From positions 4,030,001 through 4,094,000 of the forward strand of contig OZ234494.1 of NCBI GenBank assembly GCA_965153455.1: a stretch of DNA of 64,000 bases. The letters run 5' to 3'. Origin of the DNA: Sphagnum compactum. Lineage: Eukaryota. The notes beneath the pieces are model-generated. The model saw only the letters and a program-made list of their open reading frames with translations. It had not been told where the DNA came from and did no database searches. The position numbers and the translations under genes are program-made. Shown here piece after piece: positions 24,994 through 38,503 of the stretch (within the stretch, counting starts at the first letter, position 1; every line of letters begins with the position of its first letter).

Positions 24994-27712
24994 ATGGGTT
25001 CGGGAATTGTTTTCTCTTCTCCCTCTTCTTCTTCCAGTTTTGCATTATCGCAGCGGGTTTTCCAACCTTTGGTCAAACCCAGACCTCGAATTCAGCATCG
25101 CCATTCTTTATGTTCAAGTTTCTCGGGTGTGGGTGTTTCAACACCGAGCACATGGAACCAAATCAAGCAATTTTCTCACAAATCGCGAAGCAGCAACAAG
25201 CTTGAAAGAAGAAGACCGGTATCTCATACAGTAGTGGTTGCTGCAGGGGACGTACCTGACTTTCTTCCAGCTACTTGGTCTGTCAAGCTCCCGCCCCTAA
25301 TCCCTTTCTCCGCTCGTACTTCTCTTTGAACGTTCTATGAAAGCTCTGACGATGCTTGAATTGTGCGAGGTTTGTTTCTAATTATGCGGAAGAATACCGA
25401 TGATGATCAAGAATCTGATGACTGAGCGATGGGATCTTGAGTGCAGGACTAAGACGCGCGACGATAAACCCTTTGGACCTAGCTTCGATGTAAGCTTCCC
25501 TAAACCCTAACTTAAAACCCTAACGCTGATCTTCGTACCGGAGTCGTAATTCCCAAAATCCCCAGAGAGAGTGTCTGCTATCTCTGAGTCGGAATATCCA
25601 GCACTTCTTTCTTTCATGATTGATTGCACTCTCCAGATCAAAGAAAGAGATTGTTTGCAACTCTGATTCTGTAAATCTCTTGGAAGAGCTCACTCACGGA
25701 TTTTTCATTGTGTAAGAATTGCTACGGGGCAGAAAGTGCTGAGCTGCTGTGAAATGATATGAATACCTTTAGACCAGCAGGAGCTTTTTTTGCAGTGGTT
25801 TATCTGCAATTTCTTGTTAATCTTCCCAGAATTTCTCGCTTGTTTTCATTTGTGTCCTTTACACGTTTCTTCACCTTTGTACTTCATCAATCTTGCCTCA
25901 AAAAATCACAGAAAATTCTCTGTTGCTAATAGGGTCTCCAAAGGCATCTAGCTAGCTGTGAAACTGGAATTGGAAACTAAGGATTTTCAACTCTTGTAAT
26001 TTGATGTGAAAATGCTTGGATTGAACTTGGCTTTTAGCCTGACATTCTGACCTATATGTGTGCTCCGCATTCATGGTGAAATTTTGACAGGGAATGGGTT
26101 GTAGTTGACAGCTGAGGAGGCTGCTCTTCGGCAACTCAATGCTCTTCATGACAATGACATCCCATATGCAGATCATGGCGTGGAGGTCATGTACAGGGTA
26201 ATTCTTTTTTTATCTCCATTTCTCCTTCACCCACAATGCAACAGAAATTGGGACTTCATCCATGTTCACTGAAAAATTGGGACTGGTCAATTTTTTCCCT
26301 CCTTCCACTAGTTGGGTTTAGACTTTTGTGGTTTTTGAGTGCATAAATTTTAGAAATATCAATTTGTTGTGACCACTGGAGGCTGGAAAAAGCCTATTGT
26401 CCTTTGTGTTTTCTTGGATCATTAGAGGAAGGATGAAATGAAAGCTAAGCAAGAAAAAGGGCTATACTTTTCACAGGCAGATGTTTTAAATTATCCTGGT
26501 GGTTTTGCATTCCCAGTTTGCAGGATTTGATCCATTTAAACGCTCTGAGTATTTTGGTCCCTTCTTTGACTTAGGCCAGGTGAAACTCCACATCTCACTA
26601 CTTTGCTTTGCTTCCTCATCAGAACATCATTCACAAATCAAAGATCCTTGTGGTGCATGCTAGCAGATATTGAATCAATTAACTGTTTCCCATGATTTAC
26701 TCAAAAAAGTTATCAGTGAACTCCATTCGAAGGGTAGAAACACAATGTCATCTCTGGTCCTTGGTGGTAGCATCTGATCACTTAGAGGATGATCAGGGCC
26801 TGTTGATTCAGGGGATTGAACATGAATGTTGTCTTGCCTAGTGCAGTTTCCATGTTTTCAAGTTGAATTCTAATTGCTGTGGAATCACATCATGGGGATG
26901 GCAGTTTGAGAGGTTTCGGCGGATCTTCCATCACTCCACATACCGTGTATTGCTGAGTCATACAGAACGGCATGTTTTGAGCAGCCTTTATGTTAATGAG
27001 GTTTGCATTTCTACATTTGACTCAGCCATTATGACTGTGCCATGTAACAATTCAGTTGCACCCTGGCTGCATATGTAATGGGTAGGAACCATGTTGGTCT
27101 GCTGACTGAGAGTTAGTTACAGGCTTGCCCCTTCCTAAAGCTGGGCACAAGGGAAGGAACAAATAGGGTTTGACAGTATGACAAGTTGTTTTTCATGTTT
27201 CTTTCTCACTCTGTAATCCACTTTGGACCTGGTATGGAAAAGCTGATTTTTTCAGTTGAATGATTTGATAGTGAAATTTGTGTGTGGGGAGGGGAATTAC
27301 AGCATTGTTTTAAACAAAGGGTGTGGATAAGTGGAGCTCGACCTGGTGAAGAGGAAGTCTTTGAGTTTACTCTCATTCAGGTAAAAGTGGTCCTCTACTA
27401 ACCATCCCAGAAGTTTAAGACAAACATGAGAAAAGCTTTAGCTCTTTTGCACACAGAAATCTTGTGTTCAAGTGTTACAAATGTTGAAATTTATATAATG
27501 GAAATTTAAGGGTGAGGAATAAGGGGGTCCCATGATGCTGCAACTCCCTTACAGATTTCCTTCATTGAATGGATCAAAGTCAAATAATCTTTTGTTGCTT
27601 AATGCTTGTTCTTATTCTGCTTCAGAGAGTGGGAGGCAATTGGGATGGCTACTGGCTGACAGACAGTCTCCGCCATGATGGAAATGGAATAACTGGAGGG
27701 ATTGCTTACTAA
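24994..27712 (+). CDS. Conserved plant protein of unknown function with predicted plastid transit peptide, 247 aa; exons 24994-25277, 25447-25489, 26105-26197, 26517-26579, 26905-27000, 27303-27380, 27626-27712
   Basis: Seven GT-AG exons join in frame (744 nt). Ser/Arg-rich N-terminus followed by conserved-looking blocks DHGVEVMYRFAGFDPFKRSEYFGPFFDLGQFERFRRIFHHSTYRVLL and RVGGNWDGYWLTDSLRHDG. Confidence 0.88.
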
Positions 27713-28626
27713 CTTCTTTTCTCTGGAACTCTCTGTTCCTTTGAAATCTACTGGAGTTCGTTTTCGAGTCCTTCAATTCAGTGAATGCCTGGGAGCGGAG
27801 GACTTTCTTCTCGCACCAACTTATCGTATTCACAGTTCATATTCCCTCTCTCTCAAAACCAATTGTGTACGAAGAATTGCTTTGAGAACATGGGCCCTCT
27901 CTCACAAATATTGTGCACATAGACCTGATCCATTACAGATTTGTCTCTACTGGATATGGGTTGTATATTTTGATTGACAATGTACAGCAACACATGTTAA
28001 AATGCTCCATTCCTGATAAGTGATTTTTTCCCACCACATCCATGTCTCCAATGTTGTATTTCTCAACATGATAAAAGTGCTACCGACGGCTTTAGTCTCT
28101 ATCTTTGAAAACTTTTCTTTCACAATTCACAACTAATATATCAAAAGATTTTTAACCTTTTGTCCTATATTTAGAAAAGGTGATTTTTTTTTTTTCAAAA
28201 GAATCATATATGGCCTGAAACAACATGCTATGAAGACAATCCAATTATTCCAATTTATGTTAATAAAATGAAACTTTAATAAAAGAAAAACTACAACAAA
28301 TATTTGGTTCAACAAACTTGACCACATATGGTTCAACAATTTGTTAAGAACAATTGAGGAATTGTAGATAAATTGTAAACCAATTCATTATTGCATTCCA
28401 ATTATTGGAATTCACATTAGAGAAACCAAAAAATTCCAAATTTTGTGTCAAAAAATAAACAAATTTTCCACCAATAGACACATTACTCACAAAAAAAAAT
28501 TGTTTCTAAGTAACAAAAATGCATTGATACATTGAGTGCATGGAATTCTAATGAATGGATATGAAATCTTTGGTTTTGTCAAGTTGATGATTCAAACTTA
28601 ACCATAATAGCATCTCTTAACCACAA

Positions 28627-29070
28627 CTAATGTAACTTGTGTTGTTGGCCCAAGTCTGAACTAGGTACACCCAACTAAAATTTCCTTCCAAAACTTTTTT
28701 TTAATTGAATTGAATTGAATTGAATTTTTAATGACAAAAACTATTCAAATTTCAATATTTTCCACACGTTAGGTCTAAAAATTCCAAATCACCTTCATTA
28801 AATCCTATTTGTTGAGGGTTTTTTTAGTAATACAAAGAGCACACCCAAATTTCACTATGATTTTTATTTTTGATTTAAATGTATTTTTAGTAAAAAAAAT
28901 GTTCAATATTCAATAACTTCTTCACTATAGGTAGAAAAATCATGAAACCCAGTTGTTTCACCATTATTCATTGAGGGCTTTCCAAAAGTACTAAAAGTGC
29001 AACAGGAGGCAACATGGTTTGGGACACTCCAACATGACAAACAAACAAACTACGTTCCTTCGTAGATAGA
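28627..29070 (-). mobile_element. Family B non-autonomous Helitron-like element, both ends present
   Basis: On the minus strand it reads A|TCTATCTACGAAGGAACGTAG ... cttgggccaacaacacaagttacaTTAG|T. Confidence 0.75.
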
Positions 29071-30248
29071 TTATGTTTCTTCTTTGTTGCCTTTCTTGTC
29101 ATTATTTACATGCATAGATGAAGTGGTGACTTTGTGTTGTTTGTACAAATTGAATTGTTGCCAATTTTCAATGACATTAACTATTTTGAAAACACATATG
29201 TGAAGTCAAATTTGTCAACATATAAAGTTTAAATTTTATAATTCTTCCCACTCTTTCTCCAACTTGCAAGTTCCAAAAAACCCCATGAAATTCACATATG
29301 AATGCAATTAGTTGTTTCAAAAAAATTAAATGGTTAAACTCCTATAGAATTATCTTGGTGATGGTGAACGATTTGTGGATTGCCAAATTGTGAGAAGTTA
29401 ACATTTTTTTAAAGAATGGTTGAGCTCTCAAAAAAAGAAATATGATTTTCAAAGTTGACATTTTAGGGTTTTTTAATCGTTCAAGAATTATTATTGACAA
29501 ATTTTCTCCCCTTCTGTTTTGTATAGTTGTTGGAGTTCTTAAATGTTATTAAAAAAATGGTTGACTTTTTTAAATATTTCCATTGTTGTTCAAAGTTAAT
29601 GTTACAATATTTTTCCCTTGTGCAACTTTCATTCCTTCACTTTTTGTCGAAAAATCAATTTATTATATTCTAAAGTTAGAACTACAATTATAATGTTCAT
29701 CACTTTTTGGATAGGTTGCTTGAGTCTCGTTCTTTTAGTTGTTTGTTCATTTAGTTCTCAACCCTTAACATCAAATACATTTGGTTAGAATAATTAATAA
29801 AATACAACAATGAAATCAATGGAATCTTTTCATCACTTCAAGGTACCCTAAGGACATCATTCGTCTTCTTAATTACATTCCTTGGTTTTTTTCATGTGTG
29901 ATCAATCATTTGGTGTGGTCAATTAGTATCTAGATTCTAAAGGAATATTAATCGCACAATCTTTGTAGCTCTTGTTAAAAGTTTGTTTATTTTAATCATT
30001 TGATATATATTTTTGTGTTTAACATTGCTTCATATCAATGAATTTTTTTGTGGCAAAAATTTGTTATTTGTTTGAAAAAAAGGTCATGATCAAGATGGTT
30101 GATGGAACTATCTAAAAAAATTTCAAAAAGGTTGCCATGTTTCCATGTAGAAAGTTATGAAATCATCAAGATTTTTGGAGGATTTGGGTAGATTTCTAAC
30201 TTTCTTCTTTTGAAATCGTCATTTTTTTAATAATTACATTTATTCAAT

Positions 30249-32055
30249 ATAAATGAAATTTCATTAGTTGGCAATAAAATGTTATCGTTTATTGATCATA
30301 GATTACGAAGGATAATAAAAATTCATAGCCAATTTATGGGTGGTCTTGATATAATAATGAGATGTGATTTTTATCAAACACCTTCAGTTCGAGATTCATG
30401 GATTTTTTCATCGAAAAATATTGGATTTAATATTTTAGCAACAAATTTTTGGCATGAAAATGTAAAATGTTACGAATTGCAAAATTATGAGATAAAATGA
30501 TATTCATTTTATTAACATTTTAAATAGGTTTTGAACTACTTCACCAAAAAATGAAAACATACATTTTATGAACAATTATTGTTTAAGACCACCACTAATG
30601 GATAACACATTACCACATTTATTTTACACAAACCTTAAAATCATTGCTGATAACAAAATTGCATATGACAAAACACTTAATGAAACATTTAAATTTTTCG
30701 CAAAAAATATTTATTCTGAAACATGTCCTTGTTTCAATTGTCAATGTTACCATTTCATATTAGTGGCCTTCATCATGAATTGTTAGTTTTTTTATAAAAA
30801 GTTAATGGAATTGTGTGCTAATAATTATGCAACATTCATGGTCTTGTTAATGGTGCAAATGGCCCCTTTCAAGATTATATAGAAAATAATCCAAAACCAT
30901 TGATTTGGATACATTTTTATAATCCACAAATTGGAATAAATACATGTATCAAAAAAATTCACATTTACAAAAAATTCCCTAGAATTGACAAGAAATGGAC
31001 ACTAATAAGACAAAAATTTGCAAAAATACAAATTGGCAATAATCCTTTTCATATCATCACAAGAATTCAATTTCCCATCCAATTAGTTGCAACACACACA
31101 TTATTTGTCGAGCACAAGGTTTAACTTTTGATCGTTTTACATTTGATCCAAGTGGCATAACAAATCATGGTTTAACATATACTACAATATTTCAAATAGG
31201 TTCTAAAAGACTTTTATATTTATTTTCTCCATTGTTGACAAGAATTTCCAACTAGATATTTTAGTACAAAAAGAAATGCATCATTTAAAAACAACAACAC
31301 AATACGAAATAAAAATTGCCTGTTTAAAATCCTATCATAAAAAAATTATTATCGTATAATCTTAAATACTCATTCTTTAAAATCACATTTTCAAAACATT
31401 CTTAATGATCCAAATTTATTTGCATCACATATTCTTTGTTTAAATGAAACAAAAATACAAAATATTCAAACACGTCAAGAAATTTAAAATGTTATTTTAA
31501 ATAAATGCAAAACTCTTTCATGTTATGACCAACATGGCACAATGATATCATATGATACGAATATATTTTTATCACATACATTTTCAAAAATAAATTTAGG
31601 CACTAAATTTCTCATTTTATTTTTCAATGAAAACACATGACAAACTTTATACATAATTGTAATTTACAAACCACCACAAATGAATGCAATTGTTTTCATT
31701 TCCATTTTAAAAAACATAGTTACAAATGTTCCTACAAATTGTCCAACCATAATAATTGGTGATTTTAACATAAACATGTTGATGAATACAATTGAATCAA
31801 TAACATTACAAAGTTACATGAATGCCCATGATTTCCATATTACATTTATACAAAGCACAACACCTAATAATACACAAATCAACCATATATGAATTAATGC
31901 CTGAACACAACAATGTCATATTGGATCAACACAAGCTTATTGGATAGATCATAACCTTATATACTTTGCATTCAAATTACCTAACCATATTTCTCAATTT
32001 ATTATACCATCCGTTAATGAACAAACTTCAAACAAAAAACAGATTCCAATCCGAA
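30249..32055 (+). mobile_element. Decayed Helitron/Helentron-like coding remnant: PIF1 (SF1B) helicase C-terminal half fused to an AP-endonuclease (Exo-endo-phos) domain, with stops and frameshifts
   Basis: Helicase motifs: INEISLVG..MLSFIDHRLR, FMGGLDIIMRCDFYQTPSV, MR*ND..FINILNRF, HLFYTN, HGLVNGANG, RIQFPIQL, RAQGLTF..HGLTY. APE motifs: LNTHSL, HILCLNET, VIYKPP, TIIIGDFNIN, STTPNNTQINHI, WIDH. Confidence 0.85.
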
Positions 32056-33469
32056 TAAAATTACAAAAACTTTTAACTTTTTAAACAAAATCTTAATGAC
32101 TTCTACTACTTCAATCATTAAAAAATATATGTGCATATATTGTCATCTAAAACAGTTAAATCATCTTATTTTAGTATTTTTTTTGTTCATTATAACACCA
32201 AATCATCAGAATTGTTTTACATATTACACTTTTTATTATTATATTTCATTTATTTTTCATGGAGATTAAAAAAGCACTATTTTTATTTATTTTTCTTCTC
32301 ATGAAATATTTTCATAAATCACCAATTAATTCAAAAATTCAACATCTTCCATTCAATGATGTCATTAAAAAAATGTAAAATATTTGAATATAATACTAAT
32401 ATTTGAAATAATGCTAATGATCAATCACATAATTTACATTCCCAATTACAAGACTACACCAAAAACCATTCAATGAATGGATGCAAAAATGTAATTATCT
32501 TCAATTACATTAAAAAATCATCAATTTATTTTCCATCCAATACTGAATTGATTGTCATCAAAAGGTTTACAAAAATATCAATTTCTTTTTCCATTATTTT
32601 GATTCTTTCTATTGGTAGGGCCCGCGTGTCACTTGACGCCTTGTTTGCTGAATGGTTGTTTGAGTAGAGGAGACCCACCCATTTTGAAGGAATACAAAGA
32701 GATTGGACTCTCTATTATGTATACGAGAAGGGCCTGAGTACAGGCCCTTTCATAATTTGAGAGTTGTGCCGGAGGCCGGTAGGCCAAGGGAATAGGTTGA
32801 AAATTATGGACCTAGGGAACAGGTCGAAAATAATGGAAGGGCATGTACTCAGGTCCTTTTCCTATATAAAGCAGAGCTGAGATTTTTTCACTTTTTAGAA
32901 ATAGTGACAGGCTGGCAGGTACCTTCCACCTCAGAAGATCTTGCTTGCTGAAAACAAAACAGGCTTCTTCAGGCAGGTAAGGGAGCTGAAAATACAAAGG
33001 AAAAATTCAAGCAGTGCTTCACGTCTTTTAAACACACACCGAGTCATGCCCTAGGAATTGTTTAAATTTTTATTGTGGAAAGAGGGTCAAACTCAAAAAG
33101 ATTCAAGGTTCAAATGAAGTTCCAAAATAGCAATGAATTCACAATTCACAGAAACCACCACCCTGGTGTAGCAGCTCCACTCCTTGTACATACACTACTC
33201 ACTCCCTCAGAAAGTGGGGATCAAAATGAAAATTACTTAAGTACCTATACATGGTTCATTCCATAGTCTCTCTACTTTTACAATCAGAGCCAACAACAAA
33301 AACACCATTGAAAATCAAGGGAAGGATTTTGAGTCTTGAGGTATTTTAGGGTTAGGTTTTTAAGAATGGCAAAAACTTGAGTGTGGAAGGTAGTTGGGTT
33401 TGGGGGGGGGGGGGGGGGGGAGGGTGGGTTCTTTTGGTCTCACTGGAGACGAGGACACAAGATTAAAAC

Positions 33470-33770
33470 AAGGGGTGTGTCACACTGTGGCCTTGCCATT
33501 TACATTAAAAAGCACCTTAAGGCAAAAAGAAGAATTATGAAAACTCAAATATTTGACCATGCAAAAATATAATCTTCAAAAAAATCCTCTGAAAGAAACC
33601 AAAATCCTTCAAGATATTGTAACTCTATAACGAATCTCAAGTTTCAACACAAGCCAAAATTATCACCTTTCAAAAATCCTCATATAAAAATAGGTCTATT
33701 ATTATTACCCAGGGGCCAAAATCTCCTAAGCTACTATACTGTATAACGAATCTAAACACAATATCCCAAA
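33470..33770 (-). mobile_element. Family A copy lacking one terminus, ~290 bp upstream of the MATE ATG
   Basis: aaggggtgtgtcacactgtggccttgccatttac...aatctaaacacaatatcc. Confidence 0.85.
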
Positions 33771-34057
33771 AACACAACCCCAGTCGTCTTCTCTTTCGAA
33801 GGAAGTAGGGAGTGTTTTTGATCCGCAGTTTTCATCCGCCCAACCGACTACCAGTGAAGAAGAAGAAGAAGAAGAAGAAGGAAAAGCTCGTCTTCCGAAC
33901 TTCTGCCACAAGGCGCCCACTCTTCTCTCACACGAACTCCATCGCCAACCGCGCACTTGTCCGCCTCACACTTGTGTTCATTCCTTCCTCTCCGCTTGAA
34001 ATCTCTCTCTCTCCACACAGTTGCATAACAGACAGACACAGACAGACAGACACGGAG

Positions 34058-37000
34058 ATGATGGTGCAAGGTTGTGAGGGTAGAAGAGTACTCTGTTGGC
34101 AAATTCTTGGACATTCATGTTATGTCTTGCGGCCTTTGAGACTGAGAGTGGCTATGACAATGCCATCGTCTGCGGCTACTGCTGTGGGGTTACATAGTCT
34201 CATTACTCGCTCCTCCTTGCTCTCCTCATGTACAAATGATACTCGTGGAGCAGCAGCATCAGTAGCAGCAGTGGCGGCAGTTTTTGATTCTTCTTCGCCG
34301 GGTGGCAGTTTCTCCATTGGCTCCCCTCCTTCCTCCTTCTCCTTCTTCACCACATCGTGCAACCGCTCGCTTACAGATGGAGAATTGTTTTGTAGGAATG
34401 CAGGTCTGGTCGACAATTTGTCATCATCTTCCTCTCATGATCAGGTAAGGTTTTTGGCTTTCTCTTTTCAATTGCAGTAGTAGTAAGTCGGACCAGACTT
34501 GCATTCCTCTCCAGGGAAATCTTTTGAGCATGCATGGCACTAGGGGATTTTTTTCAAGTGAATTTGGCTTCTGATCTGAATGAACCTTGCTCATCATGTA
34601 TAGGACGAGGAGGGTTGCAGTTCAAGCTTTCAAACTGCTGCTGCTGAAGCTGCTAGCTTCCAAGGTTTGAATTGGGGATTTCCCACAAGCAATTTGCAAA
34701 GAGATTTTCTTAAAATCTTGTATCTGGAGCTGTGTTATGCTCCTAGGACATTGATAGATTGTCACTGGATTGGAAGTGGTGATAGTCTTTGCATGCAGTT
34801 TTGTATGCTCTCGCTATGTAGCACAGGATTGGTAGGGTTTTCATGACTCTTGCATCCTCTGAGGATGGCATTGTGCCAAGTGGTATGCAAGCAGGCCAGA
34901 AAGCACAGGAGGAGGAGGAGGAGGAGGCTGTATTGAAAAGTGTCATTAATCTTGCATTGCCTGCAGTGGGAGCTGTGTAAGTTTTTTGCCACTTCATCCA
35001 TTAGGTTATCAATTAGAAAGAGAAATGCAGGATGCAGACATCATTATTGCTCCTGTCATCCTCACACTGTCAACAAATGGCTGGCAGGCTGTCAGACCCG
35101 ATAATGAGCTTGATTGATACTGGCTGTGTTGGCCAAGTGGGCTCCATTCAACTTGCTGCACTCGGTCCCAACACTTCTATTTTCAACTTTGTTTTCCAGG
35201 TTGAGTCTGACTACTCGATCAGTTTTCAGCTACGTCAGTTACTTCAATAAGATCTGGAATAATACCCCACACTTGATGTCACTGCTTTGCTGGCATTGCA
35301 TTGGTGGTCAGAGAGACAATGTGTTGCACACCCAAGAAGTAGAGCTGTTCTCAAGTGGTTTGGCAATGACAGTTGAGTCATCTCGTTTTCCCTCAGGATG
35401 GTTACTCATGTGAGCAAAGAAGAAGCATCACTTCTTTCATTTTTGGATTCTGCCACATTGCTTCACTGCATGAGTCTAGTCACACTCTTCAACCTGCAAC
35501 TGTATTGTTGGGTCAATCTTGCAGATAATCTGAAGATTTGCTGATCACCATCTGTGTGAGTAAAAACAAGGGTTTTGATGTGCCAGATCTTTTCATTTCT
35601 GGGAGCAGCCACATGCAACTTGATAGCCACTGTTGGACCTGAGGGACCTGAGGGCTCCACAATTGGAGAGCAGCAAGGCCAGCAGTTACAGGTAACTGAC
35701 ATGCAATTTCCAGTAGTCACTATAAGCAGATTTGGTCATGGGCATGGATTTGCAAATTTTGCTTGACAATGATCTGATTAGCTGGATCATGGTGTAGTTA
35801 ATCAGTGGTTGGACATTGGTTGACAGGCATCACAGCTCCTGAGCTATGCGCTGTTTTTGGCTGTAGTTTTTGGTCTTGCTGTTGTAGTGTTGATGGAGCT
35901 ATTTGCTCCACAATTGCTGGCGCTCATGGGGACTAGAAATGATTATCTGAACCCTGCACTTACTTACCTTCGAATTCGTGCTCTCTCTGGTATATTTCTC
36001 TTGACTCAGCCCTGAATGACATTTTCCTTTGTAAGGACTGTTCTCTGTTGCTGGGTATGTTTTTTTTTCCTCAAAATGCAATGTGTTCTAGCAAGCTTTG
36101 ACTTGTGTTGAACATTGCACAATGCAGCACCAGCAGTGCTGGTCTTGATTGTAGGTCAAGGAGCATGCTTGGGGCAACAAGATGCCCGTACTCCACTTGC
36201 TATCAACTCCATGGCTGCAGCATTCAATCTAGCTGGAGATCTCATCTTCACTCTTTGGCTTGGCTGGTATGAAGTTACTTCAGGATTTTCCCCTTCAGAT
36301 CTTTAAGGTTCCCAATGTGTTTCTAATTTCCTTTGTGAAAGTTCCTGGCTTCCATAAAGCAACAACATTACTTTTAAGGAGCGCAGACAACATGCTGTGT
36401 GGGTTTTCTATAATAACTCCCAACTCATCACCGAGGTATTTTCCTGTCCAAGAGAAGAAATGGTCTACTGATACATTCTGTTATGTGGAACCATTGTTCT
36501 CTCCTGAACTGCTTTTTGACAGCCTGTGTATTTATTTGCCGCATGCATTGATTGTATGCTTCATTTATCTTAAGCATCACACTAGTTGATGTGCAGGGGT
36601 GTTGCAGGAGCGGCATGGGCAACTCTGGGGTCACAATGCGTGGCAGTACTGCTACTAATGCGAGCATTGATGCAGAAGTCAAAGACCTCTAGGACTGTAC
36701 AGGAAAGCCATGACAAGCCACAGCGACCTGCACTTCAAGTTGGATGGTATGGACTTCCTACGCCGGAAGTGCTTGGACCATTTATGAGCTTGGCTAGTCC
36801 ATTGATTATGAGATGTGCTCTTGGCATGGTACGTGGCTTTCAGTTTGCTAACCTATGACAACAGTATGAGGGCTGATGGGTGACCCACTCTAATGTTCAC
36901 TGATTTAGCATTTGCAGTATAATATTTCTGCAGCTTGGAATGACTCTTGTTTGGAAGCTGAAGTTGGCACCTTAACCAGAGTCTGCTTTCAATGACTATG

Positions 37001-38503
37001 ATAATTGTTCAATACCCTATGCACAGAACAGTTTTTTGTTGCAGTTAGTTCACTTCACTTCCACTTAGAGGTTGAAAATGCAGACAGTGTACACGTTAGC
37101 AGCGAAGGCAGCAGCAGCCACAGGGACTTTGCAAATTGCTGCCCACCAAGTAGCTATGCAGGTATGTGTGATGCTCTCAAACAATGTGGCCCTTTCTCTC
37201 CCTGTACATTGACTCTGCAAGTATACTCTGTTAGTTGTAGTATTGAGACTGGGCTGCACTGTCACAAATGGGTGGGGCATGGCCAGGTCTTCTGGACATT
37301 GAGTTACTTTCCAGAGTCGCTTTCAATTGCTGCACAATCACTAGTTGCACGCAACATGAAGGCCAAACCAGAGGTTCCTCCTTGCCACATCTCTTCCTTG
37401 TCATGTTTTCTTCATCATTCTCAAAATGTCCACACAGCTGTGCAAATTAGAATTACATAGTTGGAGTTCTAGCATTGACAAGTTCAAACGTTTTACAAGA
37501 GTTTTGCAAAATTCAAGCTGTGATCTTATGGTATGAAAGATTGTGTTGCAGAGGGCACAGGAAGTGTCACGGATGCTTCTGGGGTTCGCAACAACACTGG
37601 GGCTGGTATTGATGGGAGTTGTGGCAGCAGTGCACTATTTTGGGGTTTTTTGGCTGACAGCGGATGACCATGTGAGGCAGCTGGTGAGGTCAGTGACTCT
37701 GCAGAGTATGTTGTGTGAATTGCTGTGCGCTGTGGTGGTCGTCATCGAAGGCATTGCTATTGCATCTAGTGCGTCCTTCTACCAATGCATTCCTAAGGAA
37801 AATCATCTGAGGGCTAGCAATTTTCTGGAAAGTGCTCTGATGTTGTCAACAGTCAAGTGTGAGCCATGAGATTTATATTAAAAAATTAGAAGAGTTATTT
37901 TTGGGGCTCATGGGAGGATGAAGGAAACTCAAGACTCAGCTCTACAGCAGCAGTGACTAATTATCATTCTGCCACATCTGTCTTTGGCTGCGTGAACACA
38001 GATGATTTCGCTTACTTGCCACGCATGCAGTTGCTAAATCTAGGAGGCATACTCATAGCCCTGGGTCTCACATTCAAAAATGGCGGTGGACTTGGTGGCA
38101 TATGGTGGTGTCTGGTGCTATATTTTGGCACACGACTTGTCTACCATTCATTCTACATTGGAGCACACTGGAACAGCCATGTAAGCTGTTAGCAATCATG
38201 CTCAGAACTCGGATAGATATAAACTGATAAAATAACTCAGAAGTTCTGTCCATATGCAATTTGGTGCGGCACAGTCTGCAATCTGTCAGTTACCTATTAC
38301 ACATGTTTTATGACTGCAATTTGAGTGCATCATATCAGGGCTTGTACGAAGATGTGTTAATCTGAATTAGCATTTGCAAATAATACTGAGGTTCCATGCA
38401 CAAAAGTTGATCAGTTGTGGGTTGATGTTTAATACAGGTTCTGGGAGGTGCTTGCGTATCAGCACTCCAATTGGATGAGCAGCAGGCATTGGTGTCCAGT
38501 TAA
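34058..38503 (+). CDS. MATE efflux family transporter, plastid/DinF-like (DTX44-47-type), ~635 aa; exons 34058-34444, 34604-34664, 34895-34976, 35088-35199, 35587-35691, 35827-35989, 36128-36266, 36597-36828, 37084-37161, 37287-37373, 37552-37768, 38002-38180, 38438-38503
   Basis: Motifs LALPAVGAVLSDPIMSLIDTGCVGQVGSIQLAALGP, YLRIRALSAPAVL, GQQDARTPL, GVAGAAWATL, IAAHQVAMQVFW, ESLSIAAQSLVA and GLGGIWW. Exons join in frame (1908 nt). The start codon and exons 2-3 are less certain. Confidence 0.9.
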
